Positions 29,992-40,270 of a stretch of 64,000 bases of DNA are shown one piece after another. The notes below the pieces were generated by a model. The model did no database searches. It saw only the letters and a list, made by a program, of their open reading frames with translations, and was not told the DNA's origin. Source of the stretch: Candidatus Omnitrophota bacterium (GTDB lineage: Bacteria > Omnitrophota > Gorgyraeia > 2-01-FULL-45-10); the NCBI GenBank assembly GCA_030695905.1, contig JAUYOL010000036.1:54814-118813 (forward strand), in the 5' to 3' direction. The translations under genes and the position numbers were made by a program. How positions within the stretch are numbered: the stretch's first letter is position 1; every line of letters begins with the position of its first letter.

Positions 29992-31841
29992 TCCTTATCA
30001 AAATAGTCAATCGCACTGCGATCGGGTAAAGGTATTTCGAGCACGAAATCCCTCGCCGGCGCATCGATAAAATTAGCTATAACGCTGATCGCCTCCGGTA
30101 TTGTGTTAAATATCTTAAGAGAACTTCCAAAAAAAGATTCGATACTTTCGTCGATCTTAAATGTCTTATGCCATAGCGACATCACTGGTATCCCGGATAC
30201 TGCGGCTTCAAATAACCCGGTTGACGGGTAGTCAAATATAATCCGTTCCGGACCATGGAGACACTTCGCCAACGGCCTCGTCTTTACGGAGATATTGCTG
30301 TATTTTTTATCTTTGATATAAGAAAGCAGGGATCGATGCTGCCAGCTCTGGCCGGACGCGTACTTGTATATAAAATGCCTATCTTCTATAGCCGCAAAAT
30401 AGTCTATAATCGATTTTTGCATTTCATAATACCATGGAAGCGTATAGAAATTTACATTATATACATTAACGCCTGTAAATACTTTTGTAGGCACATACAT
30501 TATAACGTTATTCTGACACCGCCTGTTCTTATACCTACTTTTAATCGCGCCAAGATAATGTGACGATCGAGATATGTTGCATTTAGCCGGAAAACCAGGC
30601 CGAATACAGTCTTTGAAGTACCTTTCCGAAATACTATCCATCGCAAAATAGTGATCTACAAGATCCAGCTCCGTGACCCCCGCAACTTTTGTGTCATACG
30701 TTATCCCATGCTGAAAAACTACCCTTTTATTATGATCCGCAGCCGCCAAAAAAGCGCCTATCGAATCCTCTTCAGAGCTGGAACGCGCAACAACATAATC
30801 AATGTTCTCTTTTTTGTAAAAATTTTTTAATAATAATATTTCTGTCAAGTTGCGCAAACAAACATGTTCAATAAAGTGCTTAAAATACGGCGTGATAACC
30901 GAAGAAATATCCAGGCCACATTTACCACTTATCCAGCCAATCACGTCTTTTTTCATGCGTATATCACTGAACGCCTTAACGCAATCACTTGTAATATCTT
31001 TTTGTCCGTCCGTATTGCATGATAGTTTTAGCACATCTTTTTGAATAATATCACTGATGAGAACAACCCTGTTTTGATCCTTGAAAAATACCCGGTTACC
31101 GCGCGCTATACTATCCTTTATTATCATATCTATGCCCAGCCATCCGGCATGAAGTACAAATAAGCTCAGGCGCGCCCTGTCTGCCGGCTTTTGGATAAAT
31201 TTATTGATCTTACCGTATTTAAAAAAGTAATAGACGGATTTACAGCGCAGTCTTTTTAAAATTTTCTTTATTTCTTTCACCAAACAGTGCAATTGATTGG
31301 CAGGAATATTTTCCTGCGCGCCGCACTTTATAGATAGCGGCGTACCGTATTTTTCGCATACCAAAGTGACTAATTTCTTAAAAAATGTTCTTTTATTATT
31401 GCTAAGATCGTAGAAATCATCCACTGCATTATCTTTTTTCTTTAAGCAGACGTAAACGATCGAATCGGGCTTTATATTAAAAAGAACCTCCCTCAACACG
31501 CGGGCCTGTATAATAATGGAATCAATAAAATATTTTAGCTGATAAAAGTGCGCCTTTGATAAGCCTATGTTATGCTCTCTGCAATAAGTTATATTCTGTT
31601 TGAGGATCTCATCAAAATAATTGAACCATTGCAACTGGTCATTGAAATATGCATCTTCTTCTGTTTTCAAATCGTCAACACTATAATAATCTTCTATTAA
31701 CTTATACTGAATGCCCGTACGCCCTAAATCATAACAGGCTTCCGGAGTCAGGGCTATAACCATATTATTTCCATAATCCACATCTGGAAGATGGTCTTCG
31801 ACCAAATAACATTTCTTACCGCTTTTAAAATTATTTATCAC
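29988..31841 (-). CDS. Putative surface-carbohydrate transferase (GT-B-like C-terminus)
   Basis: VFQHG, IIFDYPSTGLFEAAVSGIPV; directly follows the pse block. Confidence 0.5.
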   Translation of the reverse strand: MINNFKSGKKCYLVEDHLPDVDYGNNMVIALTPEACYDLGRTGIQYKLIEDYYSVDDLKTEEDAYFNDQLQWFNYFDEILKQNITYCREHNIGLSKAHFYQLKYFIDSIIIQARVLREVLFNIKPDSIVYVCLKKKDNAVDDFYDLSNNKRTFFKKLVTLVCEKYGTPLSIKCGAQENIPANQLHCLVKEIKKILKRLRCKSVYYFFKYGKINKFIQKPADRARLSLFVLHAGWLGIDMIIKDSIARGNRVFFKDQNRVVLISDIIQKDVLKLSCNTDGQKDITSDCVKAFSDIRMKKDVIGWISGKCGLDISSVITPYFKHFIEHVCLRNLTEILLLKNFYKKENIDYVVARSSSEEDSIGAFLAAADHNKRVVFQHGITYDTKVAGVTELDLVDHYFAMDSISERYFKDCIRPGFPAKCNISRSSHYLGAIKSRYKNRRCQNNVIMYVPTKVFTGVNVYNVNFYTLPWYYEMQKSIIDYFAAIEDRHFIYKYASGQSWQHRSLLSYIKDKKYSNISVKTRPLAKCLHGPERIIFDYPSTGLFEAAVSGIPVMSLWHKTFKIDESIESFFGSSLKIFNTIPEAISVIANFIDAPARDFVLEIPLPDRSAIDYFDKD

Positions 31842-32979
31842 GATTATTATAGCCTTTGTCCCAAATATTATCTTTTACCCACTTACCGTTCTCTTTTCTC
31901 CAAACTCTGGGGTCTCTGAATGAATCCGCAACTTTCCAAAACTCATCTTCGGACATACCCACGTATTCTAACCAATAATACAGATCACTGGAGACGACAT
32001 GATCGTATTTCCTGACCATTTCAATGCCTTCATCCCTCGTCATATATCCCATGCGTATGTCTTTTGACGCATGATCTGTTGCCCGGCCATAACCAAATTT
32101 AATATATTTCATAAGGTCGTGAATCCCGTTTTCATACCTGTCATCAAGATTCGATATTTTCCTGTAGGTCCTCTCAAAAGGCGTTTGACTCGGCTTCCAA
32201 TTGTATTTCTGCTGCACCATCTTTGCGTGTTCATTAGGGTCCCATTTGAAAAAATTGCCTATATAAAGACCCCTTACACCTACGCTGAGGATCTCCTCGT
32301 CGCTAGGGTATTTCGCCCACAAAAGGTCTTTTTCGCTAAGCTTTTCGACCGGGTCGTTTAACATGTCATACCATTCAAAGCCGCGCAACCCATGTTCATG
32401 CCTAACCCTGGCGCTGAATTCGACATAATCATCGGGATCATACATTCCGGATATGTCCCAGGCGATTTCTCCCCATATTATAAGCGGTGTTTTGAATCTC
32501 ACGGCCATCTGTATCGGAACTGTAAAAATACCGCAATGTGCGTGCCAGTTCATGTCACCCATTTTTCGAAAACAAAGCCTGTTCATTTTCTTAAGCGTAT
32601 CTACGCTAGGCCCGACCACGACATGGTCCGCATCAAATACATGACGCATCCGGTCCCTGTTATAATCGCCTTCCGGAAGATAATTATTCCCATGATAAGT
32701 AACTAAAAGTGGCTTAAGCTTGTACTCGTCAACTATTATATGCGTCTGATAATAGCTGTCTTTTCCTCCGCTGACAGGAACTATGCAGTCATAATTAGAT
32801 TTATTTGAAGCTCGCGCTTCTGCTATTATCCTGTCGAACCTTTTTTTGCGCTGTTCCCAAAAATCGCCATTCATGCTCATCAGTTTTTCAAACACACGGC
32901 ATGAGCTGCATACTCCTTCTTCGTCAACGTACAGATTTACCGCAATTTGGGGATAAAGGCAGTGCTTACAGTATTTCAT
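31831..32979 (-). CDS. N-acetyl-sugar amidotransferase (WbuX/PseA-like)
   Basis: CKHC...CSSC, PP-loop VSGGKDS, WGE, KFGYGRAT. Confidence 0.9.
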   Translation of the reverse strand: MKYCKHCLYPQIAVNLYVDEEGVCSSCRVFEKLMSMNGDFWEQRKKRFDRIIAEARASNKSNYDCIVPVSGGKDSYYQTHIIVDEYKLKPLLVTYHGNNYLPEGDYNRDRMRHVFDADHVVVGPSVDTLKKMNRLCFRKMGDMNWHAHCGIFTVPIQMAVRFKTPLIIWGEIAWDISGMYDPDDYVEFSARVRHEHGLRGFEWYDMLNDPVEKLSEKDLLWAKYPSDEEILSVGVRGLYIGNFFKWDPNEHAKMVQQKYNWKPSQTPFERTYRKISNLDDRYENGIHDLMKYIKFGYGRATDHASKDIRMGYMTRDEGIEMVRKYDHVVSSDLYYWLEYVGMSEDEFWKVADSFRDPRVWRKENGKWVKDNIWDKGYNNRDK

Positions 32980-33800
32980 ACGATTATCTCTTCTTTATTT
33001 TGGAAAAGTTCTGAATTCCTTACATTACAACCTTTTTCATATAGATATTTCTTCGCCAGATAAACACTCTGATCTATGTAATGAAATATATTCGCGGCAG
33101 CAACAGCATCCACCGCGGTAGTATTTAGTGCCTGCGCCAAATGTTCCCATTCGCCTACGCCTCCGCATGCTATAACAGGTATGCGCACTGCCTTGCTGAT
33201 GGCACCAATAAGATCTATGTCATATCCGCTGCGCATTCCGTCGCGATCTATCGAATTTATCAGTATTTCGCCGGCTCCGCAATCTTCGACTTTCTTCGCC
33301 CAACTGGAAGCATCGTATCCCGTAGGCGTCTTTCCGCCGCGTGACATCACCATATGACTACCGCAGGATAGCTTTGCATCGATAGACACTATTATGCATT
33401 GCGAGCCGAACTCTTTCGCAGCCTGGGTGATAAATGACGGGTCCTCCAGTGCCTTGGTATTGATCGCTATCTTATCAGCTCCACTCTTCAGCCTGATACT
33501 TATATCGTCCAACGATCGGATTTTGCCTCCAACAGTAATCGGCATGTAGCATTCTTTGGATACATCATTAAGAATATCTATTATATTTCCCCTATTAGGG
33601 TAGCGCAGGTCCTCTCTCCGGATATCGTAAATATCGTCGCTTGTTATGTCGAGATAGATCAGTTCGTCTGAAGCCCAGTCGCTCATACGCCGCACAGCGG
33701 TTATCGGATTACCAATATTTTGATAGCGGCAGAATCCTTTGCTCTGCACAAGAAAACCGTTTTTTAGCAATAAAACCGGTATCAGTCTTTTCTTCTTCAT
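32976..33800 (-). CDS. HisF paralog (WbuZ-like)
   Basis: KRLIPVLL, GADK, NSIDRDG; located in the amidotransferase cassette. Confidence 0.88.
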   Translation of the reverse strand: MKKKRLIPVLLLKNGFLVQSKGFCRYQNIGNPITAVRRMSDWASDELIYLDITSDDIYDIRREDLRYPNRGNIIDILNDVSKECYMPITVGGKIRSLDDISIRLKSGADKIAINTKALEDPSFITQAAKEFGSQCIIVSIDAKLSCGSHMVMSRGGKTPTGYDASSWAKKVEDCGAGEILINSIDRDGMRSGYDIDLIGAISKAVRIPVIACGGVGEWEHLAQALNTTAVDAVAAANIFHYIDQSVYLAKKYLYEKGCNVRNSELFQNKEEIIV

Positions 33801-34423
33801 TTTAGGCTCATAAAATTCTTAAGAAGCATTATACCGGCTTTCTGACTTTTTTCCGGGTGAAATTGTACTCCATATATATTATCCCTATTAACTATGGCTG
33901 CAAATTCTTCCCCGTAATTTGACGATGCCATCATCTCTTCCGAGTTTAGCGGCTCAAGATGATAGCTATGAACATAGTAAAAATCAGTATTATCACTCAT
34001 GCCTTCCAGTAAAGGACTTTTTCTTACAACCCTGATATTATTCCACCCCACATGCGGCAATGATAAGTTCGGGGCATTTATTCTCTTCACGGCACCGGGG
34101 ATCCATCCCAGCCCATCGCAGGAACCGTGCTCGTGCCCGACATCGGCCAATACTTGCATACCGACACATATGCCCAGAAACATCTTCTTCTTATTCAAAA
34201 CACTGTATTCTAGCAGCTCAAATGTCGGCATTTTTTTTATCTTATCAATAGCTGCTTTAAATGCGCCTACGCCCGGCAACACCAGATGAGTAGCCTTTTC
34301 CATGTCTTTGGCATCATTAGATACCATTACTGAATCGTGAAAACTTTTAAATGCATTATAGACTGAATTTACATTTCCAAATCCATAGTCTATTATACAT
34401 ACGTTAGATTTTCCTGAGGTCAT
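33797..34423 (-). CDS. HisH paralog glutamine amidotransferase (WbuY-like)
   Basis: PGVG, GICVGMQ, QFHPEKS. Start at the ATGA overlap 34423. Confidence 0.9.
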   Translation of the reverse strand: MTSGKSNVCIIDYGFGNVNSVYNAFKSFHDSVMVSNDAKDMEKATHLVLPGVGAFKAAIDKIKKMPTFELLEYSVLNKKKMFLGICVGMQVLADVGHEHGSCDGLGWIPGAVKRINAPNLSLPHVGWNNIRVVRKSPLLEGMSDNTDFYYVHSYHLEPLNSEEMMASSNYGEEFAAIVNRDNIYGVQFHPEKSQKAGIMLLKNFMSLK

Positions 34424-35439
34424 ATCAAAACATCCCACGTTAATGGGGTGCCCTTTCTGATGTTCCGCGCGGCATTTTTCCCTAAGACTTTCTTGTAATA
34501 CTTAGGTGCAATTCCATATGCCGGCCTGATAGATTTCACATTATCCTGAGTAAGCTTTGACCCTTTAACAATGTCACGAACAGCAAAAATAGATCGCCTG
34601 AAGATACGGTTATCCCTTTCGCCTTTAGTAAGCCCGTAGTGGACTTTTCCCAGTGCCTTTTCTGCGGTTCGTATACAGGAAACGAGCGCGGCAAATTCAT
34701 GCGGCTCTACGGAGAAAAAACTATCCGGCGTCTTCAATCTGCGTGACAAGATAAAATGCTTTTCCACCATAATGGCGCCAAGGCTGACAGCGGCAACGGC
34801 AACGCTGGTCCCGCAAGTATGATCCGACAGCCCAATCGGAAGATCGAACCTTTTTGCCATATCGGGTATCGTCCTTATATTCATCTCTTCCGGAACTGCC
34901 GGATATCCGCTAACACATTTCATCAGAGTGATATCTTTTGCTCCGGCTTTTTTTGCGGCAGATACCGCATCTTTTATCTCAAGAATGGTCGCCATGCCCG
35001 TTGACAATATGATCGGTTTTTTAGTCTTAGCCGCATATTCTATCAACGGCAGGTCTATTAATTCAAATGATGATATTTTGTGGCAGCTCACTCCTATCTC
35101 TTCCAGAAAATCCACCGAAGTCCTGTCAAACGCGGAAGCAAAAAATACCAGACCCAATCCGTCCGCTACTCTTTTTAACCTCTTAAACCAGTTCCATGGA
35201 GTATAAGACTGCCGATACAATTCGTAAAGCGTCTGGTTGCCCCAGCTAGGGTGCTTGATCCTGAAATATTTGCTATTCGCGTCTATCGTTATAATATCCG
35301 GATTGTAAGCCTGAAATTTTACCGCGTCTGCGCCACATCGTTTTGCGGCCCTTATCATCTCTACAGCGCGCGCAAATTTTTGGCCATGATTTGCCGAGAT
35401 TTCGGCTATTATAAAAACACGGTCTTTTCTACCAGCCAT
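34420..35439 (-). CDS. pseI: Pseudaminic acid synthase (NeuB family)
   Basis: IAEISANH, KFQ, KISSFE, GLSDHT, EKHF, SAF domain. Start moved to 35439. Confidence 0.9.
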   Translation of the reverse strand: MAGRKDRVFIIAEISANHGQKFARAVEMIRAAKRCGADAVKFQAYNPDIITIDANSKYFRIKHPSWGNQTLYELYRQSYTPWNWFKRLKRVADGLGLVFFASAFDRTSVDFLEEIGVSCHKISSFELIDLPLIEYAAKTKKPIILSTGMATILEIKDAVSAAKKAGAKDITLMKCVSGYPAVPEEMNIRTIPDMAKRFDLPIGLSDHTCGTSVAVAAVSLGAIMVEKHFILSRRLKTPDSFFSVEPHEFAALVSCIRTAEKALGKVHYGLTKGERDNRIFRRSIFAVRDIVKGSKLTQDNVKSIRPAYGIAPKYYKKVLGKNAARNIRKGTPLTWDVLI

Positions 35440-36661
35440 CTGGGCACCTTGCCTTATAAATAATGCCTTTATCATTATGTCCGGCATATTTGTATCCTGC
35501 CTTTAAAAATACCTTGCGCGATACCTGATTTTCTTTTTTGATCTCGGCAAATATCGGCTTGGAGCTCCCAAATTCAGAAAAAGCTTTTTTCGTCCCGAGC
35601 TTCACCATACCTGTACCAAAGCCTCTGTTAAAAAAAACCGGATTCGTATTAACGCTCACTATTACTGATCTTCCCCTTACCTCGAACCTTATGACGCCCG
35701 CCTTGTCCTGCCCCTGCTGGCATATATATATTCTGGAATTATTATCCTGCATCTTACAGTCAAACCATTTCTTATGCGTACACCATGGTACGGGCTTATC
35801 ATTAAAACTGTTCTTTCTGATTTCGGGCCTGTTCCTCCATTTCCACAGGTCCTTGCAGTCGTCCCGGGTCGCAGTCCTTAAAATAAAACTCTTCTCTTTC
35901 CCAGTCAATGCTTTGAAAAAGTCTATATCTTCTTTAAAATCAGTCAAGTCTTTTGCAGGGTCCTTCGGGGTCTCCAGCGTACAGAGTTTGATGCTGCTTC
36001 CGTTTTTTTTGATCGTCTCCATTATAGCGCCTAGATCGCACTCGCTCCGATTTAAGCAAAGGTGGTCATTGGCCCCCGAATTGTAACTTATCCCCGCGAT
36101 ATGCATTATCTCCGGCTTTAACCTTAAAAAATCATTGATGACTTTAATACGTTCTTTGTGCGAACTATACGCGTAACCAACTGCGTGATTTACGTCAAAA
36201 CAGAATCCAACATTTGCTGTTTTTTTATAACGTTCTATCTCCCGCGGTGAACTGCCCACGCAGATAGTGTTCTTAAGCCCGTGCACCGGTTTATTCTCTA
36301 TCAATATCCGTTCATCGCCAAGAATCGCGAGCTGCTCCTCGGCTTCGGGTCGCTGTCCTAATACGCCACAGTGCACGACTATGTACCTGGCATTCAACTC
36401 ATCCGCGAAACATTGTGCTTCTTTAAAAAGGCGCCTATTGCGCCCCCTCTTGTCTTTGTCAGCCAGGTTGAATCCGTGTGCATAATGAGGTGCGTGTACT
36501 ATATAGGGAACATCTAAACTTTTCCATAATTTGATATAACGTGAGATAGTGCGCGGGACCGCGTAAAGTTCTATGAAATCGTAATTCCCGCCGCTATACA
36601 TCCTTGCGGCGGATTTGATATAGCAACTGTTGTCAGACCATAGCTTTAGCCCTATCTTCAC
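35429..36661 (-). CDS. Fusion of an endonuclease-IV/xylose-isomerase-like TIM barrel and a PseH-like GNAT acetyltransferase
   Basis: N-terminal HAPH, VVHCG, IENK, FDVNH, MHI, NDH, LETP. C-terminal WRNRPEIRKNSF, HKKWF, GVIRF, EIKKENQVS. Confidence 0.8.
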   Translation of the reverse strand: MKIGLKLWSDNSCYIKSAARMYSGGNYDFIELYAVPRTISRYIKLWKSLDVPYIVHAPHYAHGFNLADKDKRGRNRRLFKEAQCFADELNARYIVVHCGVLGQRPEAEEQLAILGDERILIENKPVHGLKNTICVGSSPREIERYKKTANVGFCFDVNHAVGYAYSSHKERIKVINDFLRLKPEIMHIAGISYNSGANDHLCLNRSECDLGAIMETIKKNGSSIKLCTLETPKDPAKDLTDFKEDIDFFKALTGKEKSFILRTATRDDCKDLWKWRNRPEIRKNSFNDKPVPWCTHKKWFDCKMQDNNSRIYICQQGQDKAGVIRFEVRGRSVIVSVNTNPVFFNRGFGTGMVKLGTKKAFSEFGSSKPIFAEIKKENQVSRKVFLKAGYKYAGHNDKGIIYKARCPDGW

Positions 36662-37386
36662 GACCGCCCTCGCTCGCTTATCTTCAATGCATCGATAAAT
36701 TTAATTACCCGTTCTAATCTTTTTTTATCTGCACTGATACCGGAAAATTTGTTGAATATCTTATATAGTGCACAATAGTCATCCATGGTATCCAGCGTTA
36801 CGCGTATGTCAGGCCTCCTGAGCTTCGGGATGGGCTCAAGATAACACACATTAAAAATTTCAGTGTTTTTATAAATATAGGTCGTAACATGCTCTCTATC
36901 ATGCGCCCGTCTTGCGGCCCTTGAAACCGCAATAAGCGTATCTCTACGAACCACCTCAACGCCGGACCCGTAAGGTATATTTTTCATTGTCACTAGGTCG
37001 CATCTCGTACTGGTGATTTTGTTAACACATAGATCTATAAAAGATGTTTCCGTCAAAGGATTATCAGCCGTTACGCGCACAATAACATCCGATCCAAGCC
37101 TTAAAGCTGCCTTCGCATATCTATCCAGCACATCTTCTTCGCTTCCTTTAAAGGAGATTACTTTATTTTTACTGGCCTCGGCCGAAATGATTTCGCCCGC
37201 TTCTCCGGTCGACGTAGCTACACATACAGAATCGACCGTCTTCGCGCGCTTGGCGGCATTTATGGCCCTCGCGAGAACTGTCTTGCCGCAAAGATCCATC
37301 ATGGCCTTGCCCGGAAGTCTCGTCGAACCCAAGCGCGCCTGTATAATAACCGACACTTTTTGTCTGCCGCTTACCATGCCGTCCAA
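36658..37386 (-). CDS. SpsF/PseF-like cytidylyltransferase
   Basis: IQARLGSTRLPGK, GSEEDVLDRY, RVTADNP, REHVT, TLDT. Confidence 0.88.
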   Translation of the reverse strand: MDGMVSGRQKVSVIIQARLGSTRLPGKAMMDLCGKTVLARAINAAKRAKTVDSVCVATSTGEAGEIISAEASKNKVISFKGSEEDVLDRYAKAALRLGSDVIVRVTADNPLTETSFIDLCVNKITSTRCDLVTMKNIPYGSGVEVVRRDTLIAVSRAARRAHDREHVTTYIYKNTEIFNVCYLEPIPKLRRPDIRVTLDTMDDYCALYKIFNKFSGISADKKRLERVIKFIDALKISERGRS

Positions 37387-38180
37387 CCCCCGTCAACTAC
37401 GATATTGGAGCCCGTAACATAACTTGATGCGTCTGATGCCAAAAAAAGCAAGGCCCCCTTCAGATCTTCAGGGTTACCTATCCTTCCCAGCGGAATTTTG
37501 TTTTTAAGATTTGACATGAATCCCTTATTTTTTTGGATATCCCTGCTCGGAAATGCGCCCGGAGTTATTGAATTGACCCTTATATGCTTAGACGCAAGGT
37601 GACAAGCCGCATATCGTGTGAATTGTAGGATTGCTGCCTTTCCTGCCCCATATGCGGGAGGATTATTTAATTCGGATTTTCCGTATATACCCGAATACGG
37701 CGAAACAATGCCGTAAATAGAAGAAATATTGATTATCGAACCGCTGCCTCGCTTCTGCATATATGGTATAACGGCTTGGGTACATCTAAAAACTCCGCCT
37801 GCCGTTCCGTCAATGCCGCAGTTCCACATATCTTCCGACATAGACATCATGTCACATTTAAAACTGCCCCTGTGCCCAAAATATGCGTTATTTACTAATA
37901 TATCTACCCCACCCATCTTTCTGCTGATTAGCGACATTGTTTCTTTTACGCTTTCAGCGGATGATATATCGATCTCTATGCCTAAGGATATGGTTTTATA
38001 CTTCCTCATTAGTGTTGTCGCCGCCGATCCGCATTTTTTAATATCCCTTCCGGCCACTACAACGCGTGCGCCTGCCTGTGCAAGGCAATCGGACATCGAT
38101 GACCCGAGATGACCCGCACCTCCTGTAACTACCGCAACTTTATTCTTAAGCCCGAAAATGCTATTCTTTTTCATAGCCAC
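37371..38180 (-). CDS. SDR oxidoreductase (PtmA-like)
   Basis: TGGAGHLG, NNA, SSIYG, YGAGK, DGGWTAW. Confidence 0.88.
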   Translation of the reverse strand: MAMKKNSIFGLKNKVAVVTGGAGHLGSSMSDCLAQAGARVVVAGRDIKKCGSAATTLMRKYKTISLGIEIDISSAESVKETMSLISRKMGGVDILVNNAYFGHRGSFKCDMMSMSEDMWNCGIDGTAGGVFRCTQAVIPYMQKRGSGSIINISSIYGIVSPYSGIYGKSELNNPPAYGAGKAAILQFTRYAACHLASKHIRVNSITPGAFPSRDIQKNKGFMSNLKNKIPLGRIGNPEDLKGALLFLASDASSYVTGSNIVVDGGWTAW

Positions 38181-39123
38181 CCTTTTTAGTTTTACTAAAC
38201 CAAAGAGACGGAATCTTCAGTCTCAAAGGAATGTCCGAAAAATACCGAAACAATCTTTTTTTTACGTCTTTGCCTATCCGTGCCTTTCTAAAAATATTTA
38301 TATCTTCCAGTATCTGATCGCTTGACTCCGCTCCTATAATAACGCTGGATATCTCCGGAATACTTTTTAGGAAACCAAGCGCGAGATCATGAATACCGAC
38401 GCCCTCACCACGCAAGAACTCGCGCAGCCTCTTTAAATATTTTGCGTAGAATTCCATTCCGCGCGGCATCCGGTCCGGGTCCAGAAAAAACAATCCCTGC
38501 AAAAATACGCTTCGCGCAAAAAGTATCTTTCCGCTTTTCTTGATACGTGCCAAAAGGCGCGGCTCGATAAATCTATGGTCAAAAAGATTTATAGGCACCT
38601 GTATTGCCCCTATTTCATCCATCGACAAAGCAGCTTCGACTTCATGGGCGTAATAGCAGGAGGCGCCTATCATACCTATTAGCCCATCTTTTTTTATCCT
38701 CGATAAGGCCTCAATAATTTTTTTCCCGTTTGATCCTATATCCGATGCGTCATGTAATAGATAAGCGTTAATCTTATCCTTTTTTAAGCGTTTTAACGAT
38801 CCCAGGACACTTTTCCTGATATTCTCATATATCAGATCACGGCCGGCGTATTTTAATTTCCCGACACCGGGAAGCTTAGAGATTATAAAAGGCTTGCACT
38901 TATTACTGCCTATAAAACGCCCTAAGATATCTTCGCTCTTACCATAAGCGCTTGCGGTATCAAAGCTATGTATGCCGTTATCGAAAGAAACTTCGAGTAT
39001 CCTGTAGGCTTCTTTTTCTCCTGGGCATCCCGTTCGGTTTGCAATTCCATAATGCGACCCGAGCTGGGTAGTCCCCAGAGTCAGTGCCGTGATATCTTCT
39101 TCTATTGCACGCTTCTTGAACAT
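38161..39123 (-). CDS. Aldo/keto reductase
   Basis: LGTTQLG, DTASAYG, SK, LLH, ARSVFLQG. Confidence 0.9.
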   Translation of the reverse strand: MFKKRAIEEDITALTLGTTQLGSHYGIANRTGCPGEKEAYRILEVSFDNGIHSFDTASAYGKSEDILGRFIGSNKCKPFIISKLPGVGKLKYAGRDLIYENIRKSVLGSLKRLKKDKINAYLLHDASDIGSNGKKIIEALSRIKKDGLIGMIGASCYYAHEVEAALSMDEIGAIQVPINLFDHRFIEPRLLARIKKSGKILFARSVFLQGLFFLDPDRMPRGMEFYAKYLKRLREFLRGEGVGIHDLALGFLKSIPEISSVIIGAESSDQILEDINIFRKARIGKDVKKRLFRYFSDIPLRLKIPSLWFSKTKKGGYEKE

Positions 39124-40268
39124 AGAACACCTATGACCGTTTTTGCGACGTACAGGACTTCTTTATCCGACATTCCCGGATGAAGTGGAAGCGAGATGGT
39201 ATTGTTATAAAATCTCTGAGCGTTACAAAATTCCGACGTCTTGTATCCTTTAGACCTATAGTATGGATGGCTTGTCACGGGTATATAATGAACCTGAGCG
39301 CCTATGCCTTTATCATGCAACCTCTGATACAGCCCTCTCCTGGATATACGGCACCTTTTTTCATTTAACCTCAATACATAAAGGTGCCATGCGTGCGTCC
39401 TGTCCGGAAAATCTACGGCCGGCAATTTTACAAGGTCTCCCAGATTTTCATTAAATGCCTTGTCGTACATGCTTGCTATTGCGCTGCGACGCACAAGGAA
39501 TTCCGGAAGCTTATTCATCTGGCTATATCCTAACGCGGCCTGTAGTTCTGTCATCCTGTAATTAAATCCGATATCAAGCATTTCATAATACCAGCCGCCA
39601 TTTTTTCTAAGAGCCTCTTTTCTCTTATAGATACCATGGCTGCGCAAAGCAAGCATTTTTTCATAAAATCTTTTCGAGTTAGTCGTAACCATACCGCCTT
39701 CTCCGGTTGTTACGTGCTTAACCGGATGAAAACTAAAAATACTCATATCGGAATATCTACATGACCCCGTGCGGGACTCGTTATATTCGGAACCCAGAGC
39801 ATGGCAGGAATCTTCTATTACAATTAGGCCATGCCTTCTTGCAATATTATATATTTCGAACATATCGCACGGAAGGCCCGCAAAATTTACCGACAATATG
39901 GCTTTTGTGGTGGCAGTGATCTTCTCTTTTATTTTGCCGGCGCTTATATTCATGGTTTCATAATCGATATCAACGAATACTGGCCTGGCGCCTGTATACA
40001 ACACCGCATTCGACGTGGCCACGAACGTAATCGGTGAAGTTATAGCCTCGTCTCCTTTTTTTAGACCCGCCGCCAGACATGCCAGGTGAAGTGCCGCGGT
40101 GCCGCTTGAGACTGCAAGAGCGTATTTCACACGGCAGTATTCCGCAACTCGCTTCTCAAATTTTTGCACCATAGGACCCTGCGTGATAAGATCCGACTTC
40201 AGAGCCTTGATTACCTCCCGTATGTCATTATTATCTATATTCTGCTTTCCGTAGGGTATAAAACGCAT
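39102..40268 (-). CDS. pseC: UDP-4-amino-4,6-dideoxy-AltNAc transaminase
   Basis: IPYGKQ, TQGP, SFHPVKHVTTGEGG. Confidence 0.92.
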   Translation of the reverse strand: MRFIPYGKQNIDNNDIREVIKALKSDLITQGPMVQKFEKRVAEYCRVKYALAVSSGTAALHLACLAAGLKKGDEAITSPITFVATSNAVLYTGARPVFVDIDYETMNISAGKIKEKITATTKAILSVNFAGLPCDMFEIYNIARRHGLIVIEDSCHALGSEYNESRTGSCRYSDMSIFSFHPVKHVTTGEGGMVTTNSKRFYEKMLALRSHGIYKRKEALRKNGGWYYEMLDIGFNYRMTELQAALGYSQMNKLPEFLVRRSAIASMYDKAFNENLGDLVKLPAVDFPDRTHAWHLYVLRLNEKRCRISRRGLYQRLHDKGIGAQVHYIPVTSHPYYRSKGYKTSEFCNAQRFYNNTISLPLHPGMSDKEVLYVAKTVIGVLCSRSVQ

Positions 40269-40270
40269 CT

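Noticed and set aside
32976-34438. hisF/hisH as histidine biosynthesis
   Set aside because: They are coupled to an N-acetyl-sugar amidotransferase and no other his genes are present.
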